This document shows, one piece after another, positions 36,936 to 51,342 of a stretch of DNA of 64,000 bases (position 1 is its first letter; the number at the start of each line of letters is the position of its first letter). The stretch is taken from assembly GCF_009914755.1 (NCBI RefSeq), contig NC_060925.1. One strand, 5' to 3'. The translations under genes were made by a program, and so were the position numbers. This DNA is from the human T2T-CHM13v2.0 reference genome, Homo sapiens. A model generated the notes under the pieces. It saw nothing but the letters and a program-made list of their open reading frames with translations. It had not been told where the DNA came from and did not search any database.

Positions 36936-37769
36936 GCTGCCACCTCTGGAAGATGCTGTGTTCCCAGGAAGGTGATATCTCCAGTAAGACACCCTTCTAT
37001 GCAAGCCACAGAGACAAGTGGGGGAGCCGCCCCGTGCCCCTGTCCAGATGAGTGAAGGAAGACGGACGAGCTGGCTTCCTCTCTTTTCCCGGCTTCCCGG
37101 TACCAAGTATATATTTTTTCTAATCGGCCCGGCTGCTGATGGTTATCTGGCTTCGCTAGAGAGCGAAAGAGACTTTGTGTCAAATGCTGAAAAATGACTT
37201 TTCAGGCAGCCTCTCTGTCTCCTGAAAGGAGGTGACGTGCTCAGAGCATACAAATCACTCAGCATTCGGGTGTCTCGATGCGAGGAAGGAGTGTGTTTGG
37301 ATTGCTAAAGCCACTCCTGTCCCTTCACAAGGTCATGGGCGGGCAACCCAGTCTTGTCAGTGCCTGGAGAGCAGAGAAGCCTGGTGCTGAGAGGTGCTGT
37401 GGCCCCCAGATGGCAAGCCTGTGGGGTGTCTGGACCCAGGAGGGGTCCCTTGGATGCACAAGGTACAAGAGTCCAAGAGGGAGGCTGACCTCGGATTCTA
37501 GGTCTCCATCAGCCCACAGTAAGCTGTGTGACCTTGGATAAGTTACTTAACTTTTCTGGTCCTTGGAAATCTCGCTCCATAATTATCATCCCACAAATGC
37601 TGTTTTCAGCTAAGCCATTCACCCTGCTGGATGTTCTAATAACTGCATTTGTCTGGTGCTGACAAATCCTCAGTGATTCCCAGGCAGCAGAAACTTGCCT
37701 GGTACCTACAGAGAAGTCACTGGGTGTGAAGGACAAAGGCAGACGTTGGAATGCTCCAGAGAGGGCCTT

Positions 37770-37990
37770 GAATCCAGGCTCTGGAGGCAGCCTGTGGGTT
37801 CAAACCTTGGCTCTGCCACTCAACAGCTGGGTGACCTTGGGTATGTGACTTTATCTATCTGAGCCTAAGTTTCCTCATCTATCAACTGGGGAAATAACCA
37901 AGACTACCTCATATTGGGGCTATGGTGAAAGCCAAGGGCTTAGAATGATGCCTGGAACAAGAGTAAGTCTTCAGCCAGTGTCAGCTCCTG
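37770..37990 (+). mobile_element. MIR
   Basis: gggttcaaaccttggctctgccact..gctgggtgaccttggg..tctgagcctaagtttcctcatct. Confidence 0.85.
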
Positions 37991-40444
37991 TCACTGTGAC
38001 TGTGTCTTAGCTGTGCTGACGTGGCCACTGGCTTCTATAAGAATCCAGTGGATTCTTGGAAAGGTGTCGTAACCTCTCCAAGGCTTGGTTTCTTCATCTG
38101 TGTAGAGGGGATGGGGATTTAAAAATTCAATGTGCTTAAAATGCTTGGCACACAGCAGTTTCTTAATCACTTGTAGACATTTCTCTGGCTCTTTGCAGAA
38201 AGATATTTTAAATAAAATTTCAGTTTTCAAGTGTATCTGATATTTTGCAATCCTTTGAAAATTTATAAAGATGATGTACACAGTATAATCTGTCTCGAAG
38301 TGAACACGGGGTTGACTGGACAATGCCATTTTCTGAGTGGCCATACCAGAGTAAGAGCCCACTGGAGATCAGAACTTGGGGGAGAGTGCCCAGAGCCAGC
38401 TCCAGGGAGTAGGACCTGCCCAAGTCATAAGTGGCAGCTCTGGGTCCTGCCTGCCTCTCTTCCTGAGATGCCATTTATAGCTGCCGGGACCCACATGGGC
38501 CCGTAGGGTGGCCCTGCCCATGCAGAGAGGGGAGCAGCTGTCATTGTAAGAACTGAGTGAGCCCAGGAGCCAGGCTCCCAGGGTGCCAAGGGATCGTCGT
38601 CATTCATCTCCCCCGTTTTTATTTTCTTCACTATAAAGCATAGAAAAACCACATAGCCAGACCTTAAAAAATACAGACGGTCTCCAGATGAGTCTGTGAT
38701 GTTAGGCAAGGCCTGCCAGGCGCTTTCTTAATGCTGTAATAAAACTGGCTGGGGAAAAACTCTAAAATTACGGAGGAGGCCGGCAGTATAAAATGTATGG
38801 GATCAAGAGAGAGAGAGAGAGCAGAGTATTGCAGCAGTTCCACACTGGGCCCCAGGTGGAACTGGGCTGGGTCATCCGATGGCAGAGTGACGCCACTTCT
38901 GTCACCACCCCCCTGGCCCTACTTTACTGCTGGGGTGTTTTGAGGATCTAATAAGGTCGTGGGAGTAATAGGCTTTGTTATTTACAAATAATTCGAATAA
39001 AAGGACAATAGGAAGACCTCTCCCCTGCCCCCTCTGCCCAGATGCCCCCCCAAAGCAAGACTTCTTGATGGTGGCAGGTTCCATGGGCCAGATGAGGGTG
39101 GCCCCCTGGGACTCTCTGTCTTTCTCCCCTGCCCATCTCACTGGTCCCCCTTCCCCAGCGGGCCTTGGACTGGGGTGCTTTGGTGCCCGTAAATGGGTTG
39201 AATGAATTAGGCCCATGTCCTTCTAAAGCAAACTTTTAAAAAATACTCAGTTTTGCAAGGCCCCCCGGTACATTAAACAGATAGAAGGGAGGGTGGCTCT
39301 GGTGAATAAAGAGTGGGTTGGGGCCCCTGCACCCATCAGTGGCGTGCCCTGAGTTCAAATACTGTCCCTGCCACTCACCACCCAGGGGATGTGTTTCAGT
39401 GTTTCGACCTCTCCCAGCCTCTATCGCATCATCTGTAAAATGAGGATAGTGCTAGAACTCACCTCTCATGGTGGAGATTCAGTAAGACAAAAGATGCACC
39501 TGGCTCAGAGTAAACTCCTCAGATATCCCCATTACAACAACGGCTACTGTGATTTGACTGCTGTTGGATACACGGACATCCAGGCGCCCCTCGGATCCTG
39601 GGCACCGGCTCTTGAAGTGCCCTCACAGAGGCCCTGTCAATCCAGGCATCCGACTCCACAGTTCTCAGCTTCCCAGCCCTGGTGACTCCACTGCCTCCTC
39701 TTTGGCCATCTGCATGTGCCTGATGGGAAGCTGTGCCTGTGCCTCTCCTCGGTGGCTGCGGTAATAGAGCCCAGAGGGAGCAGGTGGCAGCCCCCCTCCC
39801 CCTTCCCTGGTCTCCCTCCCTCCCTATCTCTCACCTCGGCTGCAAAGCTCCGACTTTATTTAATCGCTTCCATTGTCTGCTCCACGCCTGGTAATCTCAG
39901 CTGGGAACACATGTTAACAAATGGGCAAAGTTTTATCGGGAGCTCAGAGCCCCTCCCCGCTTCGTCAGATAAGGTGCTCTTGCTTGGGGGCTCACACTAG
40001 GGAAGCTGCTCCCGGCCCCCCCCTACCCCCGTGAGAATCCATCCCTAGGCAATTGCATTGTGTGAGCAGGGTAACAGGAGGGATGGGTAGGAGCGGGTCC
40101 AAGGGGGCTCTGGGGATCCAGACAAAGACCCCAAGCCCCTGCTCCTTCCCCACTCATGGGTTCTGCTGCTTCTCCTGCTGGCTGGAAGACCCTTGAGATT
40201 CTGCCCATTGTGGGACAGTGGGAAGGCTTGCCTTAGTTCTTGGTTCACATCCGGGCTCTTGCGTCTTCCCAACTGCATGATGGTCACTTCCATTCTCTGC
40301 ATCTTGGTCACCTCGGTTATAAAATAAGAAACAAGCCTATCTGTCTCCTGACAAAGAGAGTTTAAGTGAGGTTATGTGAGTGAAATTATCTAGGGAAATG
40401 CCTGGGGCTTAGTAGGTAGACAGCGCCCCCCTTTGCTTCCTACC

Positions 40445-40878
40445 TGAATTAGTTTCCTAGGACTGCTGTAACAGTGACTTAAAACAGCAGAAGTTATTGT
40501 TTCACACTTCTGGAGGCTAGAAGTCCAAGATCGAGGTGTGGGTGGACCACACTCCCTCTGATTCCTGCAGGGAATAATCCATCCTGGTGCCTTCCTAGCT
40601 GCTGGTGGCTGCTGCAATTCTTGGTGTTCGGTGTTCCTGGGCTTGTGCCTGCATCCCTCCGGTCTCTGCCTCTGCCATCACGTGGCCTGCTCCCTCTGTG
40701 TCTGCTTCTGTGTCCAAATTCCGCTCTTCTTATAAGAACATTATATTCAATTCGGGCCCTTCTTCATCTTAACTTGATTATGTCTGCAAAGACCCTATTT
40801 CCAAATGAGGCCACAGTTACAGGTGTAGGGCTTAGGATTTCGATGTATCTTTTAGAGGGATATAGCTCACCCTACAAT
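40445..40878 (-). mobile_element. MLT1C-like LTR
   Basis: ttagtttcctaggactgctgtaaca...ttctggaggctagaagtcc...tctgcaaagaccctatttccaaatgagg. Confidence 0.85.
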
Positions 40879-42534
40879 GCTACCTTTTGGCTAAGCCTTC
40901 CTAACTTGAGTGGCCGGGATCCATGTTGCCCTTGGATCAGCCTCTGTCACTGAGCTGACCCTGCTTTGAGTTTCACGTGATTTATGTCGTTGATTTTACC
41001 CCAGCCCCATGAGGAGGGATAATGAGGAGGGGTCCACCTTTGCTCTTCTGCTGCGCTATCCTGTTCTGTGCTAGGGATGGATGTAAACAGATAATAGTGT
41101 TTACATGAGACAGGGGCCACACTAGGGAGATAAGCATTTATGGAAGCAAAGATAGTGTCCCTTTCTCACTAAGTGGAAGTGAAAATAGGAAGGCTCTCGA
41201 GAGACCCACTGAGCTGGTCCTGGAAGGGTAAAGAAGGCATTCTGGGTAGAGGAAGGAGCTTGAGCTGGGGACTGGAGGAAGGAGCGCCCCTGAGCTGTCT
41301 CAGCATGGGTGAGCAGCCCTGGGAGACTGAGTCAGGGACTGAGCGCGTGCTCAGGGAAGGATGGAGCTCCCTGGAGGTCAGGCTTTAAGGGCAGCCGGGC
41401 TGACACTCAGAATGGCCAGGCTAAGAAGTGCAGACTTGATTGTGCCAGCACTGGGGAGCCAGTGAAGATTGTGGAACTGAGACATGGTAGGAGCAGAATC
41501 GTGGCTCCAAGGGCTAATCCAGCAGCAAACACATTTCAAAGTTTTTGCTGAAGGAAAGCCTCACCACGGAGGGACACAACGAGCACTGGAATTTCAAGGA
41601 GCTGTGGAAGTCTATCATCCAGAAATTCCCCAGAGGAACCTCTAGCCTGGCTGGGTGGACAGCACCCATGTCAACTCAGCCTCCTGGTCCTGATTCCTCC
41701 TTCACGCTGGTGAGGGACACCAGGCATGGCCCCAGGATATCTGGGAGCTGGGACCCACCTGCTCTCCCTTCTCAGGGAAATAGCAAGGAACAGGTATCTC
41801 TGGACTTTGCCTCCTCTGCCCTCTCATTGGGGTGTGTGTCGGGGGGTCTGTCCGTTACTGGCATCCCTCTCCCATCCCATGCCGAAGATTTTGACCTTTA
41901 TAGCCAAGTCTGAGCTGTACTGATAGAACATCCACAAAGTCAACAGTGGGAAGGTTCCACAGGCCCAAGCATCCCTTCCTGTGCCTTACAAGTGGAATCA
42001 TTTATTTCTGTCCTCTAATCTTGATTAAACCCATCTGAAAATAAGTTAGATATCAAATCTGTGATTTCAGTCCTCCCTCCGTTCCTGACCCTCTTCTCCC
42101 TCTAGTTGCCCCAAAAGTGGCCAGTTTTGTTCAGGAGAGCACCAAGCACTTGGAAAATTCCATTCCCAGCCTTCCCAGCTCATTTCTGCTTCCACACACC
42201 CTGCTGCCTCCTGACAGTCTCACTTTTAACTCTATTTACATTCTGGAAAGTACATAAGATTTTTATCATGTACTTTCCTAATGTCAATTTTCCCCTGATG
42301 AGAATAAGGCTGTAAACACCCATATTTTCATAAGCCTGTTATAGTCCTCCATGTATTCAAAGTCGATGAGCAATGCAATCTCACATTCTCAGGGCTGGCT
42401 GGGACTGGCACAGGAGGACGGCTCAAGGCAAACTCTGGGAGCCAAACTCCTAGGTGTCTTCTTTGTCTTTCCTTGGGTTACCACCTTCATTACTTTTGGG
42501 GGCCCTTCTTTTATGCCTAAATCTGGGTGTTCCT

Positions 42535-42905
42535 TCTTTTTCACACTGCTATAAAGAAATACTCAAGACTAGGTAACTTATACAGGGAAGAAGTTTAATT
42601 GACTCACAGTTCCTCATGGCTGAGGAGGCCTCAGAAAACTTACAATCATGGCAGAAGGCCAAGGAGAAGCAAGCACCTTCTTCACAGGGTGGCAGGAGAA
42701 AGAGAGAGAGAGAGAGAGAGAGCCAAGGGGGAAGAGCTAATTGTGAAACCATCAGATCTCATGAGAACTCACTCACTATCATGAGAACAGTATGGGGGAA
42801 ACCGGCCCCATAATCCCATCACCTCCCACCAGGTCCTTCCCTTGATACGTGGGGATTACAGGTTGAGATGAGACTTGGGTGGGGACACAAAGCCAAACCA
42901 TATCA
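42535..42905 (-). mobile_element. MSTA/THE1D-like LTR
   Basis: ttcacactgctataaagaaatactcaagact...aaaccatcagatctcatgagaactc...gccaaaccatatca. Confidence 0.9.
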
Positions 42906-43422
42906 ATCAGTATATCTATTTTTGGTTGGAACCATCAAAACCTGCTAGACTACTCTTAAGCTGTGGGAATGGACAAACACCAAAAATGGCATCCAGAGAA
43001 GGCACAGACTATGCATCCCCTAAACCTTGTTATCCCAGGGAAAGGTGCCATGGGCCTGGTCCATTAGACCCATCCCAGTCTTGGCTTTGGGTGAGGGACA
43101 CCATTCGTGACACTCTACACACTTCTAAGGAAGTTGGGAGTGGCCAGGCTGCATCAGGCTAGCTGGGTAACACTGGGATTTGCAAGCCCCTGAGCCTCTG
43201 GGTGGTTGAGTGGGCTTTCTCTAGAGGACATCACAACTCAGTTACTGAGACGTTTTCTTATCAATCTAGTTTTACTGAAACCTCATGGTCCTTCCTGCTG
43301 AGCCCACTTGTTGCAAGGCTAGGTGGGGAAAGGCTCCAGGGATGCTGCAACAAGCAGGTCTTTGCCTCCTCAAGTTTAGGGACATGACTGGCTCCACCTC
43401 TGGCCCTTGATAACTAATTGTT

Positions 43423-43731
43423 TTTGTTTTGTTTTGTTTTGTGTTGTTTGAGACCGAGTCTCCCTCTGTCGCCAAGGCTGGAGTGCAGTGGCGCGATCTT
43501 GGCTCACTGTAGTCACCGCCATCCAGGTTCAAGCGATTCTTGTGCCTCAGCCTCCTCAGTAGCTGAGACTACAGGTGCATGCCGCCACACCTGGCTAGGT
43601 TTTGTATTTTTAGTAGAGACAGGGTTTCACCATGTTGGCCAGGTTGGCCTTGAACTCTTGACCTCAAGTGATCTGCCCGCCTCAGCTTCCCAAAGTGCTG
43701 GGATTACAGGCGTGAGCCACCGTGACCAGCC
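43423..43731 (-). mobile_element. AluS
   Basis: Full Alu in reverse; perfect TSD ccttgataactaattgtt (43405-43422 / 43732-43749). Confidence 0.96.
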
Positions 43732-43901
43732 CCTTGATAACTAATTGTTAATGAATGAATGAATGACTGTTTGTATATCCTTGAATCTGAAGTCACTTCA
43801 TTCACCAGAATGAGAGCAGCAGAGTCTGCTATGAAGGGGAACAGGTGGGGTGGGGGCGAGGGTGGTCAGAATCCTGCCTCCAGTATTAGTTCTTTCTAAG
43901 C

Positions 43902-44110
43902 CTGGGGTCAGCACATTTTCCTGTAAAGAGCTAGATGGTAAACATTTTAGGCTTTGTAGTCCACAGGGCAAAATCGAAACTGTTATGTGGGTATTTGTAT
44001 ATCATTTAAAATGTAACTATTTATAAATATGCAAATCATTCTTAGCTGGTGGGTCCTACAGAAACAGGCTGGCCAAGATTTGATCTGGGGCCATCGCTTG
44101 CCGAGAGCTG
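43902..44110 (+). mobile_element. MER58 (MER58C-like) hAT-Charlie MITE
   Basis: ggggtcagc..ttttcctgtaaag...aaacattttaggctttg; perfect 8-bp TSD ttctaagc on both sides. Confidence 0.88.
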
Positions 44111-44269
44111 TTCTAAGCCTTGTTTCCTTTATCTGTAAGATGTGACCAACCTCTGTTTCTGAGGGTGGTTGTGGGTATTCCATACACCAGACAGAATGTG
44201 CCTGGCAGCGCTTAGCACATGGTAACACCATAATCCTAAAAGCCCTATGGGATGGAGGGCTTACTCCCA

Positions 44270-44460
44270 GGCACTCCTCTGAGAATATGAACTCATAAGC
44301 TCCTCTGACCCCATAACATAGGTACTGTTCGGTCTCCATTTTACAGATGAAGAAACTGAGCCTTAGAACGATGCAGTCATTTGCCCAAAGTTACATGTTG
44401 GTTAAATGGCAGAGCTGGGATTTGAACACAGGGACTCAGACTTCAGAGCCTGTGCTCGCA
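44270..44460 (-). mobile_element. MIR
   Basis: ccattttacagatgaagaaactgag...ggcagagctgggatttgaac. Confidence 0.88.
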
Positions 44461-45221
44461 ACTTCAGTGATCAGCAGCTGCAGTAGTCATTGTTGCTGCT
44501 GTTAATTATCCTTCTCAGGGATCCAAAGGAATCTAAAACGAGCCAGGACAGGAACACTGCCAGAAAATGGATGATACAAAAATCTTCCTTCTTTGAGTGT
44601 GGCGTGCGCTGCTTGGTTTTATTTGGCCACCAGTTCACCTCTTGGGTTACCATGGCTTGAATCTGTTGGTTTGACGTCTCTGAATGTGTGCTCAGAGGTG
44701 GAGGGGAGATGAAGGGGAGAGGGGCTAGAGAAGGCTAGGTCAAGTAGGAGGGCCATCCAGTTTACAAACACACAAGGCAGTGTGTGTCTGATCTCCCTTG
44801 GAGCATGACAGCTGGCTTCTCTCAGTCCTGGAAAGAGAGATTTAGGTTGGGCAGGAGCAGGAACTAGAGAAACATCCTGAGAATGGATCACATTCAATTC
44901 ATGACCTGGTTTTAGCCCAGAGGCAGGGGGATGACTGAGTTGACCTTTCAGGGCTACATCCTGTCTTCCTGTTGGGCTTGGGAGTTTATGACTTGCAGAG
45001 AAAAACTACTCCATAGGTACAAATACCTTCCTTACAGTTCAGGTGTTCAAAACTCCCTTTTCGTTTTTTGTTTAAAATAAACTGATGTTGGACACACAGC
45101 CTCTGAGAGGATTTCCAAAAACTCCTGGAAAAGTTTTAGATCGTTATCATGTAGGACAGAGAGGGATTACATTTACATGTCAAAAGATGCAAAGGCCACA
45201 GAGTCCTGCTAAAAAGTTGAT

Positions 45222-45261
45222 GGGGAGAGAGAGGAATGGGGGAGAGAAGAAAGATAAGAAG

Positions 45262-45292
<31 letters not shown>

Positions 45293-45318
45293 GGAGAGGA
45301 GAGAGGAGGAGAGAGAGA
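45222..45318. repeat. GA-rich polypurine tract
   Basis: (ga)n/gagag degenerate run of ~95 bp. Confidence 0.9.
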
Positions 45319-46089
45319 ATTCTGCAATATTAACCATGGCTTTCTCTGTGTAGTGGTTTATAGGAGAAGATTTTTGTTTTTTTATGATTACCTGGGTTAT
45401 TTTTTATTTTCTACAATAAACATATATGATTCTTGAAATCACCAGAGAGAGATGTCATTAAAGATTAAAATATTGATAAGAGTGGGTCTGTGCCTCTTCT
45501 TCCAGAGCCAGGTAGGAGTAGGAAGCTACCTTTCCAGCGAGAAAAATCATCCTGTTTGTACAGGACACGTTTGTCATCCGGTGTTTCCTTGACTCCCTCT
45601 TATCTTGCTGACAAGGAGAAGGATGGAAAAGGGACTGTGATCGAGTGAGGCCCACGGAGCATGACTCAAACAACCCATTGTGAAGGAGGGTAATCGCAGA
45701 ATCAGCTTTGGAAATCAAATAAAATGCCATGTCTTGTAGCCAAGAGACACTGCCCAAGCGTTTGATTTTAAGCTCAGCTGAAACCCTGGAGTCTGTCTTG
45801 AACTGGGAGGAGGACTGACTCAAGGTGGGACTAAGGTGATCTATATGAAGAATTCTAATAAAAATGTAGATTGGAATCAGACTTAGGAGAAATTGTGAAT
45901 GATAACTGTCAGGGATTCGTGAGAAAGATTCAAAATTCTACCTACGGGGTTCTTTTAAATGCTTGCCCTGTATGATGATCTCTTTTAATGCTATGTTACA
46001 GAATGGTTGGGTTGATGTGTCATTTTCAAGAAGCAGTAGAAAGCACTTAACACTATGCCTACCTCATCATAGGCCTTATAAAATGTCAA

Positions 46090-46980
46090 CAATTCCTGGA
46101 TACTGTTTCTTCTGCTGGACACACTACAGTGAACAAAATAGACAAAACCCATCCCCTCATGGGGCTGACATTCTAGTCAAGGGGTAGATAAATTTTAAAT
46201 ATGGTGTCAGGCAAAGATGTAGTGCTGTAACAAATAAAGCAATTTTCAGGATAGAGAGAGAGGTTAGCTGGGAATTTTAGAGCATTTGAGACTGGGTAGT
46301 CAAGGCTTCTGTGGGTTATGACATTGAACAGAGACCAGAGCAAAGTGAACAAGCAAGCCATGTGCACAGCTGGCTCAAATGTGTTCTGGGGCTGGGTGCC
46401 GTGGCTCATGCCTGCAATCCCAGCACTTTGGGAGGCTAAGGTGGGAGTATTGCTTGAGCCCAGTAGTTCATGACTAGCCTGGGCAACATAATGACACCCT
46501 CATCTCTACAAGCAATAAAAAATTAATTGGGTGTGGTGGTGCATGCCTGTAATCCCAGCTACTGGGGAGGCTGAGGTGGGAGGATTGCTTGAGCCCACGA
46601 GTTCAAGGCTGCGGCGAGCCATGATCGCACCACTGCATTCTGGCCTAGGTAATAGAGTGAGACCCCGTCTCAAAAAAAAAAAAAAAAAGAGTGTTCTAGG
46701 AAGATGGAACAGTAAGTGCAAAGACCTTGGTGTGGGAATGAGCTTGGGATGTTTAGGAATGAGCAAAGAGTCCAATGTAGCTGGAGCAGAGTGGGCCTGA
46801 GAAAGTGGTAGAAGTGAGGCTGGAGTGAGAGCTGGGTGCCTCACCGCACAGGCTTCTGGGCCATGGAGAGGACTTTGGCTCTGACTGTTCAGTATGATGG
46901 GAGCTACCTGAAGGCTTGGCACAAAGGAGCAGCATGATCTGCTTGATGCTTCAGAGGACTGCTGCTATCTCAGATAAACA
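46090..46980 (-). mobile_element. L2 fragment split by AluJ
   Basis: acagtgaacaaaatagacaaaacc..ccctcatggggctgacattctagt; gaacagtaagtgcaaagacc...gtagctggagcagagtg. Confidence 0.8.
46390..46690 (+). mobile_element. AluJ
   Basis: ggctgggtgccgtggctcatgcctg...gaggattgcttgagccc..gagttcaaggctgc...poly-A. Confidence 0.93.
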
Positions 46981-46982
46981 TG

Positions 46983-47560
46983 ATGTATTGGTCTGCTATT
47001 GCTGTGTAACAAATTACTACACACTTAGCAGTTTACAACACCACCTGTCTATTTTCTCACAGTTCTGTAGCTTAGAAGTCTGAGTAGGCTACACTCAGGT
47101 CTCTACTCTGGGGCTCACAAGGTCAAAATCAAGGCATTAGCTGACTGGGCTCTTATCTGGAGTCTTAGGAGCAAGAATCCACTTCCAAACCCATTTAAGT
47201 TGTTGCAGAATTCAATTCCTTGTGGGTGTAGGACTGAGGTCCCGGCTTCCTTGCTGATTGTCACTCTCTTCTCCTGTAGACTGCCTGCATTTTTCTTCAA
47301 AGACAATGAGGGCATGTTGAATCCATCTTGGACTTTGAATCTCTTTGGCCTCCTCTCCCATCCCTAGAGGGAGAAAACTTCCCACTTTTAAGGGCTCATG
47401 TGATGAGAGGAGGCCCACTGGGATAATCTCCCTATCTTAAGGTCAAGGGTGTCATGTAACATTACATGATCATGGAGTGATAACCCATCATATTCATAGG
47501 TTCTGGTGATTAGGATGCAGAACCTTAGGGAAGGGGATCGTTTTTAGAATTCTGCCCACC
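46983..47560 (-). mobile_element. MLT1E-like LTR
   Basis: tgtattggtctgctattgctgtgtaacaaattactacacacttagc...gaatccacttccaa...gggataatctccctatcttaaggtcaa. Confidence 0.85.
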
Positions 47561-48495
47561 TCATGTGAGGCATGGTTTAGCTCTCCTTGCAGGAAAGGCA
47601 TCTGGGTATGTGGAAGACTCTCTAATATGGACCATGAAATCCAGGGTTACAAAGTCAGGACTACAATACCAGTCCTTATTGCACTCCCTCAAAGAGCATT
47701 TATTAAGCACTTCTGCATTCCTAAAAGTGTTTTGCATGATGAAGGATTTAAAACAACAGCAGACAATTGCATATCACTGGGGAGCTGAAACTAATGATGC
47801 AGAAAGCAAGTACTGGATTTGGTAAAATGCAAGGGAGCTCAGTGCTAAAGGATGCAAAGGCAGGAAGAATCTGGCAGGGGCTGGGATTCCCTGTTGACAC
47901 CTCTCCCACCAGACCAGTCCATGTTCTGGTCTGGTGCCTGGCTCAGAAACTAGCAGGTGTTTCATAAATATTTGTCCAGCCAGTGCATGAATCAATGTGC
48001 TTCAGTTTTCATACCAGTAAATAGGAGTATTGGCCTCCCCACATGTTTGTGGGAAGATCAGATACAGAAGGGCTGTACACTTGGAAGAAAAAAAACGGGT
48101 TCAAAAGTCAGTGTCATTATTTTTGTGAGTGGCAGGAATTCGCTTTGACATGCCCCTGGGAGAGAGATAGGAATTAACAACCACATCAAATGCATATCAT
48201 TGGCCAACAGGGGAGTTTTCCTAAGGGAAGATTTATCAGAAAAAGTTTGGGTTGGTGGAAGGAATAGCACAGATGCCTGAGGGCCCCTGGGAGGAAGGGA
48301 AGGGGCCCAGAGGCCTGGTGGGCATGCTGAAAGCAACCTTCACCTTCTTCATAACCCACCTGATCTCCTTGCCCAGAGCAGAATTCAGTTCCCCTGGGAA
48401 GGAATGTGCTGGGAAGCAATTTTTCCTTCCCCTGGGAAGGAAGGAAAATGCTGTCCAAAGGTTTCGGGTTTTGGGCAGTTCTCCTTCAGTTTAGG

Positions 48496-48852
<357 letters not shown>

Positions 48853-48869
48853 CAGTCTAGGAATAATAT

Positions 48870-49320
48870 CTTAATACCAATAACAGACTTTTCTCATAAT
48901 AGCCCCAAACTGAATGACCTTCAATAGTACGTGGAAGGAATAAGTGGATTGCAATATTTCACACAATGAGATACTAACCAGGACACATTTTTTTGAAAGC
49001 ACAAACTCCTGATAAATGCAACACATAGAGGAATGTCAGAAACATCATGCTGAGAACGTGTAGCCAGATGCAAAGGGGCACATACTGCAGGATTCCAGGT
49101 ATGTGGGCTCAAGAAAAAGCAAAGCTAATCTATATGGAGAAGCCAGCATAGAAGTTATCGTGGGGGTGAAGGTAGTGACTGGGGAGGAAGGAGAAGGTGG
49201 GAACTTTCTGGGTTTCTGGGAATGGTTGAGTGGTGTCTACATGAGTGTGCACATAAGTAAAAATGCATCGAGTTGCTCGCTTGAGCATTTGTGCATTTAA
49301 CTATAAATTATACCTACAAA
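48870..49320 (+). mobile_element. L1ME-like 3' end
   Basis: ttctcataatagccccaaactg...atgcaacacatagaggaatgtcagaaacatcatgctga...aaagctaatctat. Confidence 0.8.
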
Positions 49321-49485
49321 AAGGAATAAAATCATTACAATAGTGGTAGCATCAACCACATTTTGAGTGCTACATTAGCACTATACAGCTATTATCTCCA
49401 ACCTTGGGAGATAGGCATTATGATTCCTGCTTAATAGATAAAAAGACTGAAGCTTCCTGTGTCCAAGAGCATAGTTAGGAAGTAA

Positions 49486-49914
<429 letters not shown>

Positions 49915-50778
49915 AGGCCTGCTTTCTTTTCTAAATGGCACTGGACAGTTGGTGGAGTGTGCCCTGCCCTGGTCCTGTCATTTCTTGTCCCTGGAGACAA
50001 ACCTGCCCCAGACACAGTCCATGCATCCGTTGCCTTGAGGCCCCAGGCCTTTCTGTCTTCATGTAGAATCTGGCAGCCTGCAGATTGGGAATAAATGATC
50101 TTCTGTTCACCCCACCCCGGCCCACTTGCTCCTCACCCAACCCCTCCATTCAATGAGACGTCTACAGTCTGCACCTGGGCCTTCAGCAGGACGAAGTTAG
50201 ATGGTGTGTGAATCAGGTACAAATAGCCTTCGGGTGACATCCAGGCACTCTATAACCATGCAACTGTAATAGGCTGATGTTTCTCTTGCTGGATGTAGGA
50301 TGTATGCATTTAATGAAGTATTAATATGAAGACCGGATTGCTTCTCCTGTCAAGTGGAAGAACGAGATTAGAGAGGAGAGAGAAGCTGGGTGCTCCCCTG
50401 GGAAGAGGGATCCCCCCCAGACACTCTCCTTTGTGAGCCAGGACTCCTTTGCTTTGCAGAATAAATGCATCCTAACAGAGTGACTGTAAAGGGACTTTCT
50501 CATAGGATTTTTGCATTGCAAAATCAAAATATGTTCCAGAGAGCAGGAAAGATGCTCCCATGGAGTGAGTGGATCTAGTTTAGTGGCAAAGAAGTTTGGC
50601 TGAAAGTCAGGTGTTAGGCATAGCTAGTGTGGGGTAACGTTTGGGGAGAAGTTTTCCAGTAATCCATACTTCCAGCTTTCGACGGCCGGTCCTGGTGTTG
50701 GAGACTCTCTCTGCTGTGCTAGGGAACTCCTGAGTCCACGTGCATACCCCCCTGAAGTTTGTTTTCTTACCTTTATTG

Positions 50779-50996
50779 CAGGGTGTCTCAGCCTCAGAAC
50801 TTCTTGTGCTTGGAGCCAGATGACTCTTGGTTGTGGGGCTGTCCCCGCACTGCAGGGTGTTTAGCAGCATCACCGGTTCCTGCACACCAGATGCCAGTAG
50901 CGCAGCCCCCCTCCAGTTGTGATAGCAGAAAATGTCTTCAGACATTGCCAAGTGTCCCCTGGGGGTCAAAAATCACCCCTGGTTGAGAACCACTCT
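50779..50996 (+). mobile_element. MER20 hAT-Charlie MITE
   Basis: gtttagcagcatc..ccagatgccagtagc...aaatgtcttcagacattgccaagtgtcccctgggg...ggttgagaaccact. Confidence 0.92.
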
Positions 50997-51014
50997 GCTT
51001 TCTTGAACCATCTC

Positions 51015-51342
<328 letters not shown>

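Noticed and set aside
36935-36952. CTCF-like GAGGTGGCAGCAG (also ~39778)
   Set aside because: Lacks the 5' CCAS part of the core; much weaker than the 57742 site
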